This document shows, one piece after another, positions 26,463-36,200 of a stretch of DNA of 64,000 nt. The notes under the pieces are model-generated. The model was not told the origin of the DNA. It saw only the letters and a list, made by a program, of their open reading frames with translations, and ran no database searches. Source of the stretch: Acidobacteriota bacterium (GTDB lineage Bacteria > Acidobacteriota > Terriglobia > Terriglobales > Acidobacteriaceae); assembly GCA_021790995.1 (NCBI GenBank), contig JAJYFA010000001.1:5520-69519 (forward strand), read 5' to 3'. The position numbers were made by a program, and so were the translations under genes. How positions within the stretch are numbered: the stretch's first letter is position 1; every line of letters starts with the position of its first letter.

Positions 26463-28742
26463 ATGCCAGCGATCACTCAGGTCCATAGAATTGATGACGC
26501 GATGCTTCCCCGAGCTTCTGTCAACCAAAGTCTGCGCCTTTCAAGCGGTGTTCTGCTTGCTGCGGCACTCGTTTGCGTATTTGCCGCGTGGCGGCCGGCG
26601 CCAACCCGCGCGGCCGACAATCCGGCTGCGCAACGGGCGGCGTATTCTCAGGCGGTTTCCGCGCACTACAACTTTCCTTTTGGCGCCGGGAAGCCATTTC
26701 TTCCTTCGAACGCGACGACCGATACGGGCGAGTTCATCGATCCCAGGAGCTTTCCGACTGCGCAATATTGCGGCCACTGCCACCGGCAGGCCTATGCAGA
26801 ATGGCGCCAGAGCGTGCACGCCAATGCCTTCCGCAATCCCTGGTACCTGAAGAACGTCAACCTGCTGATCAAGGAGCGCGGAATTGAATACACGCGCCAC
26901 TGCGAAGGCTGCCACAATCCCATCGCACTGGTTTCGGGCGCGCTGACCACTGGTTCGACCATTGATCGTGCCTTCGATGCCGATGGCGTCACTTGCATGA
27001 CCTGCCACTCGATCCAAAAGATCAATCCGCGCGGCACCGGCAGCTATGTGATGGGAGTGCCTGCCGTGATGGTGGACGAAAACGGAAATCCCATCTACGG
27101 CGAAGTTTCCGACAGGGAGATTCTGGCGCATCTCGATCGCCACTCCAAAGCGGTGATGAAAGACTTCTATCGCACGAGCGAGTTCTGCGCTACATGCCAC
27201 AAAGCCGCATTGCCGCGCATGTTGAATCACTACAAGTGGCAGCGCGCGTTCACGGTCTACGACGAGTGGCAGCAGGCTTCGTTCTCCCGGCAGAATCCTC
27301 TTCCGTTCTATGTCAAGGATCAAGTCTCCAACTGCCAGACCTGCCACATGCCGAAGGAGAGCCTCACGCTCCAGGACTATGGCGCCGAGGACGGCAAGCT
27401 GGCCTCGCATCGCTGGCTGGGCGGCAATACACTGCTCTATAAGTACTACGGCTATGACGAGCAACTCGCAAAGGCCATAGACTTTCTGCGCAACGGCCCG
27501 CAAAAAATCGGGGTGCTGAACGTCGATCTGTTTGGCCTCCAGCGCAATAACGGCAAACCGATTGCTCCACTGGGCGGTAAGGCCTTCAAGATTGCCCCCG
27601 GAGACGTGCTGACGGTCTACGTTGTCATTCAGAACAAGGGGATCGGGCATACTCTCGTCCCCGAGCAACGCGACTTTTACGAGTGCTGGGTGGAGTTCGA
27701 GGCCAAGGACGCGGCAGGCCACACACTGATGCACTCGGGCGGACTGCTTCCCGACGGCTCCCTCGATCCCAGCGCTCACAGCTTCACCAACCGGCTCATC
27801 AACGATCGCGGCACACTCAACGATCTGCACCAGGTCTGGAAAACGCGCGTCGTCGCTTACAACAACACCATTGCCTCGGGCCGCTCGCAGATTGTGCGTT
27901 ATCGATTCAAGGTTCCGGGCGACGCGACCGGGCCGATCTCGATCACTGCGAAGGTCAATTACCGCCGTTTCAACCAGCATTTCATCGACTTTGTCTTCGG
28001 CAAGCACTACGACATGCCGGTGGTGGAGATAGCTGCGCGCACGCGTACGCTGGCCTTGGGCGCCAATGCCGCCGCGCCGCCCGACCCGGCAGACAATCCG
28101 GAGTGGATGCGCTGGAACAACTACGGCGTCGGATTGCTCGACGCGCAGCAGTATGCCGAGAGTGCGCGCGCCTTCGAGCGTGTGGTTCGGTTGCGGCCGG
28201 ACTACGCCGACGCATACACCAACGTGGCTATCGCCGACTACTCATGGCAGCGCTACGGCGATGCGCGGACCCATCTCGAAAAGGCTCTGCGTCTGGCTCC
28301 GCACAATGCCCGCGCACTGTACTATCTGGCGCTGATCGAGCGCATTCAGGGCCATCCCGACGCTGCGATCGCCGATCTGTTGGAAGTGATTACGCAATTT
28401 CCACGCTCGCGCGACGCACACCGCGAACTAGGCTTCTCGTTTTATCAGCAGCATAAGTATCAGGAAGCGCGTGCGGAGTATGAGGAAGTGCAAGCGATCG
28501 ATCCCGACGATCTCTCCGCCCATTACATTCTTTCCATCGTCTATCGGCGTCTGGGAATGAGAGACAAAGCCGCGCGCGAAGCCGCGGACTTCGCGGATCA
28601 AAAGGACGATCCTACCGCGAATTTTTACGCCCTGGAATTTCTGCGCAAGCATCCTGAAGTGACGGCAGAGAGCGTGCCCTGGCATATTCACAGCAACGTG
28701 GAGACGGATCGCGCGGGACGCGGAGACGGAAGCGGTCAATGA
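26463..28742 (+). CDS. Pentahaem c-type cytochrome (c554/multihaem-like N-terminal region) fused to C-terminal TPR repeats
   Basis: Five CXXCH motifs are present (CGHCH, CEGCH, CMTCH, CATCH, CQTCH). The hydrophobic anchor is LSSGVLLAAALVCVFAAW. C-terminal TPRs include AYTNVAIADYSWQRYGDARTHLEKALRLAPHNARALYYLA. The start is ambiguous among TTG 26436, ATG 26463 and ATG 26502. Confidence 0.8.
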   Translation: MPAITQVHRIDDAMLPRASVNQSLRLSSGVLLAAALVCVFAAWRPAPTRAADNPAAQRAAYSQAVSAHYNFPFGAGKPFLPSNATTDTGEFIDPRSFPTAQYCGHCHRQAYAEWRQSVHANAFRNPWYLKNVNLLIKERGIEYTRHCEGCHNPIALVSGALTTGSTIDRAFDADGVTCMTCHSIQKINPRGTGSYVMGVPAVMVDENGNPIYGEVSDREILAHLDRHSKAVMKDFYRTSEFCATCHKAALPRMLNHYKWQRAFTVYDEWQQASFSRQNPLPFYVKDQVSNCQTCHMPKESLTLQDYGAEDGKLASHRWLGGNTLLYKYYGYDEQLAKAIDFLRNGPQKIGVLNVDLFGLQRNNGKPIAPLGGKAFKIAPGDVLTVYVVIQNKGIGHTLVPEQRDFYECWVEFEAKDAAGHTLMHSGGLLPDGSLDPSAHSFTNRLINDRGTLNDLHQVWKTRVVAYNNTIASGRSQIVRYRFKVPGDATGPISITAKVNYRRFNQHFIDFVFGKHYDMPVVEIAARTRTLALGANAAAPPDPADNPEWMRWNNYGVGLLDAQQYAESARAFERVVRLRPDYADAYTNVAIADYSWQRYGDARTHLEKALRLAPHNARALYYLALIERIQGHPDAAIADLLEVITQFPRSRDAHRELGFSFYQQHKYQEARAEYEEVQAIDPDDLSAHYILSIVYRRLGMRDKAAREAADFADQKDDPTANFYALEFLRKHPEVTAESVPWHIHSNVETDRAGRGDGSGQ

Positions 28743-29083
28743 AACTCCGGCTGCCGATAGCCCTCTTGCTTGTGGTCTGCTCGTCGCTCGCGTTTGCTTT
28801 CTCGCGCAAGCAGCGCGCGCGCGGCGCTACGGTCTTCGAGGTGAGCGGATGCCAGCATTGCCACACCATCCACCATGTCGGCGGGCATAAGGGCCCCGAT
28901 CTCTCCGGCGTGGGAAGACGGAGATCGAAGACGGAGATTCGGCGGCAGATTGTCTACGGCGGCAAGGGTATGCCGGCCTTTGGACAGGTTCTGGAGACGG
29001 ACGAGATTAGCGATCTGATTGTCTACCTGCATGCATGCCGTGAAAAGCCCTCGAAAACGGCAGTGCAAGTGGGTTCAAAGTGA
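28739..29083 (+). CDS. Monohaem class-I cytochrome c
   Basis: 114 aa with an ATGA overlap with the upstream gene and signal peptide MKLRLPIALLLVVCSSLAFA. Haem site is CQHCH and the Met-ligand context is GGKGMPAF. The last 14 codons and the stop lie inside repeat copy B. Confidence 0.8.
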   Translation: MKLRLPIALLLVVCSSLAFAFSRKQRARGATVFEVSGCQHCHTIHHVGGHKGPDLSGVGRRRSKTEIRRQIVYGGKGMPAFGQVLETDEISDLIVYLHACREKPSKTAVQVGSK

Positions 29084-29260
29084 TTCTCTCGGAGTACACT
29101 CTCTTCCAATACAAGATGAGCCTGAAGGGCCGTCATGCTGGGTAGTGAACATCCGCATGGACGGCGCAGAGAAGCTGAGTTTGGAGGCGATAGGCCGGTT
29201 TGTTGCAGGTAGAGAGGATATCCGGTTTGAGGCCGAAGACCGCCGGCAACTCGATGTCTC
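29041..29260 (+). mobile_element. Degenerate IS remnant: repeat copy B (29041-29100) followed by a ~33-codon transposase N-terminal fragment
   Basis: 29041-29100 is ~90% identical to the reverse complement of 18491-18551. The ATG at 29157 opens MDGAEKLSLEAIGRFVAGREDIRFEAEDRRQL. From memory this resembles the N-termini of integrase-type (ISNCY/IS1202-like) transposases, whose pattern is LSLEEIRAFLE..E.I.F....R. The reading frame then decays before the convergent GH53 stop. The family is not verifiable here. Confidence 0.4.
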
Positions 29261-29282
29261 CTCCGGGTGCGCAGCTTGTGTG

Positions 29283-32200
29283 TCAATCGACAGTGACGGC
29301 AATCTGAGCCGTCTGTGTGACGCCTGCGGTTGAGCCGGCCGCTGTAATAGTTACGGTTCCGGTGACAGGCTGTTGTCCTGAACCGCCGCCGCTGCCGCCG
29401 CCACAGGCAGTAAAGCCGGCCGCCGTGGCCAGCAGAAGCAGTACAAGCAACAGACGCCGGAAGGCGGCAAGGCGCACAAGTCGCTTGCGGTCATATCCCC
29501 CCAGAAGCAGAATGGCTCCTGCCGGCAGCCAGCAAAGAGAGATGCCGTCGAAGCTGCGGCGCGCGTGGCGGGGAATCGGACGAAGCAGCGCCATGGTCGA
29601 GGATGACGTGATGGTTACCGTGCCCGTGAGCGCGGCGCTCGACCCGTTGAATGTGTAGGACGTGGGCGAGAAGGAGCAGGACAAGCCGGCGAGCGTCGAG
29701 GAGCAACTCATGGTGGCCGTGCCTTGATAGGCGCCTTCCGGCGTCAGGGTGAGCGAGATGCTTCCGTTCCCGCCGCTGGCCAGCGTGAGGCTATTCTGGT
29801 TTGCTGAGAGCGTAAAGTCAGGCTCTGTGACCAGAAAGACAAGGGATGTGGATGCCGCGAAGTCGGCATTGGCTGCATAAGCAGCGGTGATCGAGTCGGC
29901 TCCCGGAGACAAAGTTCCGGTGTAGGTGGCAACGCCGCCGGCGTTCAACGCGGCGCTGCCCAACTGCGTGGCGCCGCTCAGGAAGCTCACCGTTCCCGAC
30001 GGCGTAATGGTGGAGGATGAGGTTACGGTTGCGGTGAGTGTGACGTTCTGGCCTGGATTCACGGTGGCGGCAGACGCGGTGAGTACGGTTGTGGTCGGCG
30101 CGGTGGTGACGGTCAGTGTTCCCGGTGTAAGAACGAATGTATAGTTAGCCGCGGCCAGCGTGCCCGTTGTAATGCCAATGCTGTATGTTCCCGGCGCAGA
30201 GGTGGTGACCGCGGTGGTTGAGAGGACCGGCGCGCCAGTTACAACGGACTGCGGATCGCCGTTGACGAAGCCGGTGATGATATACGCGAACGCCGGATTC
30301 GCCACTCCGTAGATGCGCGAGGCGTTCTGCGCGGTGACTGCGAGAGTTGCCTTTGTCACGCTTAGGCTTGCAGTGGTGCTGGCGAGTCCGGCGGCAGAGG
30401 CCGTGAGCGTGTAGCTTCCCGTGGCGGAAAGCGTGACGCCGCTTAGGTCGAAGCTGGCTACTCCGTTCGTGCTGGACGCGGTGAGGTTATCGGTGTAGCT
30501 GTTTGGCCCGGTGATCCGCAGCGTCACGCTTGTGGAAGGAGCGAGCACCAAGGAGCCGGAGTTGTCGAGTACGTTCACCTGGACCGTGCCCAGTGTTGCG
30601 CCATAGGTCGCGGTCGAGGGCGTGCCGGAGGCAAAGCTCAACTGCGACGCTGTGGCTGCTTCCGTGATATGCATAGGAATAATCTGCCAGAGCTGCGTCT
30701 TATCCGCGGGCGTGATCCAGTCGATGCTGGTGCTGGAAGGCGCTTCCTGTTCGACTCCGCCGGCAGCGGCGGCCAGAACCAGGCCGCTCGCTTTGTTCAC
30801 CAGTGTATAGTCGCCGTTGCCGGCGGTGACGAGGTTCCACTCCTGCGAGGCCGTTCCTGCTGCGGCATCCTTCAGCGCAACGGCGCTGCCCGCGGTCGTG
30901 GTTCCGGAGTTATCGAGGACTAGCGCCGTTGTGCCCTGCGCAGCGCCGAGGTTGGCAATCTGCAGGTAGCCGTCGCCATTGCTGGTGATGGACCACTGCT
31001 GGCCCAGGGTTGCTCCACCGTCGCCGGCCGCCGTGCCCAGCGGAGTACCGGTGGCGGTGGCGAGGCCGGCCGTGCCCAGAATCTCCCCGGTCGCTACGTT
31101 GACCAGTGCATAGGCTAGCGTCGGATCGATTTTGCCGCCCAGCGCGTCGGCGCCGCTGAGAATGGCCGCATAGTTGGTTGCCGTGGAAAGTGATGTCCCC
31201 GAGGTGTCGGCATTATCGAAGAGCGTCAGGCCGTTCCACACATAGGTGCCGTCGGTACGCCCATCGCCGTTGGTAAACCCGCCGCCGTTGCTGGTTGTGT
31301 TCACACCCTCCGGATCCCAGTACTCCATGCCCATGCCCAGATTGCCCGGCAGGCCCTTCAGCACGGTGTTCAGGTCAATCAAAAATTGCCGCTGTCCGGC
31401 AACTGTGGCCGGATACCAGGGATCGTTGGAATCGAAGCCATTCTCGTAGTGTTCGCCCGCTTCGATCAGAAAGATCGGAACGCCCAAAGAATTGGCGGCG
31501 GTCGTCAGCACACTTTGCTCTACCGGCTGGTTGTTTGGATTGGAAGCCGCGGCCTGCGCCGAGGTGAGGGGGCCGTGATAGATGGGGTAGTAACTCTGGC
31601 AGACGGCGTCGAATGGAATGGAGTTGTTCTTCGCCTCAGTGAAGAAACTCGTCAGATTCCAGGCCGGCGTGACGTGAATGCAGCGAAGCGGCGGCGGAAT
31701 GGCCGGGCCAAGCGTTGTGTCCGAGGCTGCATCCAGCACCGCCTGCATTGCTTTCTGCTCTACGGCGGCGAAGTTGCTGAAGCTGGTTCCGGGTGAAGCC
31801 AGGGAGCCGAAGAAGCCCGTATCCACCTCGTTGCCGATGGTTACCATATCGACCATCACTCCCGCCGAGCGATAGGCCTCCACCTCGGCCTTCACATAGT
31901 TGTAGACATCGGTTTCGAGTTCTGAGAGTGAGTCCGAGGACCACGCTCCGGGAGTGGCCGAAGAGGAACCGCCGTCAAAGAAGAGCGTAAGCTCGACAGA
32001 CATGCCCAACTGTTTGGCGCGTTTGGCCAGGTCCAGATCGGCGTCGTCGGTCTCTGCGTAGCAGCCGTTGCCGGAGCAGGTGGCCGGCACGGCGCTGGCT
32101 CCATCCAGAGTAAGAGTTTGGTAGGGCGGTGCAGAGGTCGGGCGGATGCGGACCATATTCACGCCGTGATTTTTCAGCATCTGAAGCAAGTCCTGCGTCT

Positions 32201-32873
32201 GACCTGCATCCTGCCACCAGGGAAGATTCGCGGAGAGCCGATCGGCCTCCTGCTTTTCGAGCAGGGCATTATCCACGCCGCGGAAGAAGACGGGCCGCAG
32301 CAGCCACTGCTGGCTTTGCGTGGGCGCGGCCGAGGCCGCGGTCTGATTCAACGCGGCGCCGGCCGATGCTGAGCCGCCGGTTACATCCAGCGCCAGCCCC
32401 GTTCCCTGATTGGTCAGCGCCGCATAGCCGTTGCTGGTGGCTGTCAGCGTCCATTGCTGCGTGGCCTTTGCCGGCGCACAGGTATTTTGCACGGTTGCCG
32501 TTGCCCCGCTGCTGGTTGCACTGTCGAGGCAGAGCCCGTTGGACAGATTGCTGATGGCCCAGTTTCCGCCTGGCAGATGCGTCAGAGCCCAGCGCTGGGT
32601 AAGGCTGGTAAAGCTGCGGTCCTCAAGAACAACCGCCGCGCCGGGCGTGGTTGAGCCGCCGTCCAGATCCGCCTGCAATCCTGAAAGCTGATTGATGAGA
32701 AAGTAGGTTTCCCCGTTGATCGGGCTGGCATCCGCGGGCTCCGTGGGTTGTTGCGCGCGTGCCGCAGCGGGCAACAGAACGGCGGCCGCCATCAGCGAGC
32801 GAACTACGCAGGCAGAGAGAGGGCGCAAGAAGAGTCGCGGCGTCTGCGGTGTGGATGCATGGCGGGAAGGCAT
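29283..32873 (-). CDS. Multidomain GH53 endo-beta-1,4-galactanase with two ricin-type (CBM13-like) lectin domains, MBG/Ig-like repeats and an unusual C-terminal TM hairpin
   Basis: I trimmed the ORF to the ATG at 32873, giving signal peptide ..RLFLRPLSACVVRSLMAAAVLLPAAARAQ. Ricin-like QxW blocks are QRWAL, QQWTL, QQWLL, QQWSI and QEWNL. GH53-like catalytic blocks are HGVNMVRIR, VDMVTIGNEVDTG, FLIEAGEHY and GMGMEYWDP. An MBG-like block is RIYGVANPAFAYIITGFVNGD...GTYSIG...ANYTFVLTPGTLTV. Ig-like repeats follow. Confidence 0.75.
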   Translation of the reverse strand: MPSRHASTPQTPRLFLRPLSACVVRSLMAAAVLLPAAARAQQPTEPADASPINGETYFLINQLSGLQADLDGGSTTPGAAVVLEDRSFTSLTQRWALTHLPGGNWAISNLSNGLCLDSATSSGATATVQNTCAPAKATQQWTLTATSNGYAALTNQGTGLALDVTGGSASAGAALNQTAASAAPTQSQQWLLRPVFFRGVDNALLEKQEADRLSANLPWWQDAGQTQDLLQMLKNHGVNMVRIRPTSAPPYQTLTLDGASAVPATCSGNGCYAETDDADLDLAKRAKQLGMSVELTLFFDGGSSSATPGAWSSDSLSELETDVYNYVKAEVEAYRSAGVMVDMVTIGNEVDTGFFGSLASPGTSFSNFAAVEQKAMQAVLDAASDTTLGPAIPPPLRCIHVTPAWNLTSFFTEAKNNSIPFDAVCQSYYPIYHGPLTSAQAAASNPNNQPVEQSVLTTAANSLGVPIFLIEAGEHYENGFDSNDPWYPATVAGQRQFLIDLNTVLKGLPGNLGMGMEYWDPEGVNTTSNGGGFTNGDGRTDGTYVWNGLTLFDNADTSGTSLSTATNYAAILSGADALGGKIDPTLAYALVNVATGEILGTAGLATATGTPLGTAAGDGGATLGQQWSITSNGDGYLQIANLGAAQGTTALVLDNSGTTTAGSAVALKDAAAGTASQEWNLVTAGNGDYTLVNKASGLVLAAAAGGVEQEAPSSTSIDWITPADKTQLWQIIPMHITEAATASQLSFASGTPSTATYGATLGTVQVNVLDNSGSLVLAPSTSVTLRITGPNSYTDNLTASSTNGVASFDLSGVTLSATGSYTLTASAAGLASTTASLSVTKATLAVTAQNASRIYGVANPAFAYIITGFVNGDPQSVVTGAPVLSTTAVTTSAPGTYSIGITTGTLAAANYTFVLTPGTLTVTTAPTTTVLTASAATVNPGQNVTLTATVTSSSTITPSGTVSFLSGATQLGSAALNAGGVATYTGTLSPGADSITAAYAANADFAASTSLVFLVTEPDFTLSANQNSLTLASGGNGSISLTLTPEGAYQGTATMSCSSTLAGLSCSFSPTSYTFNGSSAALTGTVTITSSSTMALLRPIPRHARRSFDGISLCWLPAGAILLLGGYDRKRLVRLAAFRRLLLVLLLLATAAGFTACGGGSGGGSGQQPVTGTVTITAAGSTAGVTQTAQIAVTVD

Positions 32874-32995
32874 GGGATTTCCTTTGTGCGGACGATGGAT
32901 GTGCGCAGACACATTCCTCTGTTCCAGTTGCTGAACGCAACGGAAGGGGCGCATTTCTGTGCGATTGTGAGGATACGAGCGTAAGTCAGGAACCG

Positions 32996-33015
32996 CATCC
33001 GACAAAAGGCGGATT
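32996..33015. promoter_or_regulatory. Candidate operator, copy 3 of the 20-bp palindrome AATCCG(A/C)CTTTTGTCGGAT(T/G)
   Basis: catccgacaaaaggcggatt; its reverse complement aatccgccttttgtcggatg matches 44411-44430 at 18/20. It lies 123-142 nt upstream of the GH53 ATG in the GH53/TBDR divergent region. Confidence 0.55.
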
Positions 33016-33186
33016 GGAGGGCAGGGAGCCGGATGCCGAGCGCATTTTGCCGCCGATGGACACGCGGCTGAAAAGCATGCAGCAAGCCGCTTGAGCCACA
33101 GAAGATGAGGCTAGAGAACCCGAGCTCAAAACCGGCAATCGTAAGAATACAAGAGATTTATTGCGGCCGCGCGAAAAATGAGGCAC

Positions 33187-33206
33187 AATCCGACTTTAGT
33201 TGGATG
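33187..33206. promoter_or_regulatory. Candidate operator, copy 1 of the 20-bp palindrome
   Basis: aatccgactttagttggatg matches 44411-44430 at 17/20. It lies 70-89 nt upstream of the TBDR GTG at 33276. It overlaps a possible promoter: TTGCGG at 33161-33166, a 17-nt spacer, and CACAAT at 33184-33189. Confidence 0.55.
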
Positions 33207-33275
33207 TATGTGCTAACACAGGAGAATACGCTCCTGGACGTGTTGAATTTTCTTTTTTGGGGAGGACATTGAAGC

Positions 33276-36200
33276 GTGAAAACGAATACAGTTCGATGGA
33301 TTGCCGCACTGGTGGTGACCCTTGCTGTTTCCGTGGCCTACGACGCCTACGGCCAGAACGCGAATTCAGGAGAGATCAAGGGACTGGTGACGGATTCCTC
33401 GGGTGCGGTGATTCCGGGAGCTTCCGTTACGATCCTGGATATCGGCACAGGGATCACGACAAAGACCCAAACCAACAATGCGGGTCTATACGATGTGCCG
33501 TCGTTGCTTACCGGCCAGTACAAGATCACTTTCAGTGCCCCGGGCTTCAGGGATGAGGTGCGGAATGGCATTACGCTGCAGGTGGCTACGATTGCGGTGA
33601 ATGCCCGCCTGCAGATTGGCCAGGCCTCGCAGCAGGTGGTGGTGACGGCAGAGGTCCCCTTGCTGCAAACAGAAGATTCGGCGCAGCACCTGGATCTCGA
33701 TGCCAAGGCGGTGCAGAACGCTCCCATCGTGGGCGGCGTCTGGTACAACGAACTCACCAATGAACTGCCCGGTGTGAACGGCGGCGGTGGCCAGGATGCT
33801 TCAGGGCAGGGAATTGGCGTAAACGGCACCGAGGGTTATTCGGGCACCTTTCTGATCGATGGTTCGATTGCCCAGCAGCCTCGCGATGCCAACGCTAGCG
33901 ACAACTATCCTCCGCCCGACGCCATCGGCGAGGTGAACATGCAGACCAGCAACTTCGGCGCGCAGTACGGGAACGGCGTGGCCGCGTTCAATGTGCTCAT
34001 CAAGAGCGGCACCAACAAATTTCACGGCTCGCTCTTCGAGTTCGATCAGAACGACGCGTTCAACGCAAGGAGTTATTTTGACCGGCCCCCGCTCATCGTT
34101 GCGCCGCTACACTGGAATGAATATGGCGGAAGCGTGGGCGGCCCCATCGTCAAGGACAAGCTGTTCTTCTTTTTCACGTTCCAGAACAATCCCAATACGT
34201 CTTCGGCGGTTTATACGACGACCGTGCCCACGCAAGGACAGAATGGGACGACCAACATGAATACCGGCTGCTTCCCTGGACCGGTGAAGAATCCCAACAC
34301 CGGGACGAACTATCCAGGCAATTGCATCAACACGGCGCTTGACCCGATCGCAGTCAACATTCAGAAGTACTATCCCGCGCCTAATTTTCTGCAATCGGGC
34401 AGCAATCCTTATTTGAACAACTACACGGCAGTTGCGGGCAGTCCAACTACTTCCAGATGGTATGTAGCAAAGGTGGACTATACGCCCACGCCGAAGCATC
34501 GCCTGTCGGCATCGTATATGTATTTCCCTATCAGCCTCGATTACAACGTCGACCAGTTCTGCTCGCTGGGTTTCGATTGCACCATAGGGAACAATTACAA
34601 CGAGGACGGCCAGGTTACGGATGTGTGGACGATCAACGATTCGATGGTGAACGAAGCCCGCATCGGCGGCGTGCGCGAGGTGGATAAGTATATTCCGCCG
34701 ACCTACGGCAAGGGCTATCCAACGACCATCGGCCTGGAGCCTACCTACGGAACAGACGCCCCTGCGGATATCTTTCCCGGCATTACGGTGAACAGCGGCG
34801 GAGGCGTTGGCGGAATAGGAATCAACGGCGGCATCCATGCGGTTCTGGCCGACGGGGCGCTTGTGGAATCGGATGTCTTCACACTGATCAAGGGACGGCA
34901 CACCATCAGGATGGGCGGTGAGTTCGACAAGAGCTACCAGAACTACACCGGCTGGGGCGACGTAAGTTCCGGTAACTTTGTCTTCAGCGGCGTATCGAGC
35001 GGCGTTCCCTATGCCGATTTTCTGCTGGGCGAGGTGTACGGCTGGTACGTATACGAGTATCCGGAGACAGGAGCGCGGATGTGGAACATGGGCGCTTTTG
35101 TCCAGGACGACTTTCAAGTTATGCAGAACCTGACCCTGAACCTTGGCTTCCGCTATCAGCGTCAAGGCGGATGGGGCGAGTCGCAGAATCGATGGGGCAC
35201 TTTCAGCCCCTCGGTGGTCAACACCGGCCAGTATGCGCCGCCAGGAACTCTCGGCGCCATGGTCTACGGTGGCCAGGACGGACGCAACACCATTCAGGAC
35301 GGCGTCAACCAGTGGGTGCCCCGCATCGGCTTCTCGTGGTCGCCGGCGCCGAAGTGGGCGGTTCGCGCCAGCTACGGAATCTCCGATCAGCCTTGGTCTG
35401 TAGATCCTTATACGGCGGCCTATGGAATCGGCTTGAATCCAAACGGGAGTAAGGGGTATGGCAACTCCGCGGCGTTTCTGCTCAAGAACGGACCCGGCCC
35501 CGGAGCCGTTGCTTTTCCCACGCTGGCGAATCTATCCAACTCGCAGTACAACTATGATGATGTGAACTATTATCCTCGGAAGCGGCAGAGCGCTTACTAT
35601 CAGGAAACGCTTTTGTCGGTACAACATGAACTGCCGCTGCAGATGCTGGTAGACGCCAGCTACGTGTTCACCAAGGGAACCCACCTGGGCTTTACTCGGG
35701 ACATCAACCAGGTCCCGGAGAGCCTGCTGTCCGGATACGGGACGAAATATACGAGTTGCTACAACGATCCGAGCGCGTACCCACTGTTTTGCTCCATCGA
35801 GGGGGCGTTCTTTGACGGCTACTCGAATTACAACGCGCTGCAATTGCGGGTTGAAAAGCGCACCTCGTATGGTCTGAACTTCATGTTTAACTATGCGTGG
35901 TCCAAGAGCATGGATACGGGCACGGGTTCGGGCAACAACGCGACTGCCGACGTGTGGCAGAACGCATTCGATGTGCCGGCCAATTACAGCCTGTCCGAAC
36001 TGGACATGAGAAACTCCATCAACGGACAAGCAACCTACGAGCTACCCTTTGGCGCCGGGAAGAGGCACGTGCTGCACGGTGTCACCAACGAAGTCCTGGG
36101 CGGCTGGCGTGCAACCGGCATCTTCCAGATCCACAGCGGCATTCCTTTCACGGCAAGAACCTCGGACAATGGCACGGACAACAGCGGCTCTGAGGCAACC

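Noticed and set aside
18491-29260. An active composite transposon.
   Set aside because: No intact transposase is present. One end is only a 60-bp stub and the other carries about 33 degenerate codons. I could not identify target-site duplications by eye. Only an ancient IS-mediated rearrangement is proposed.
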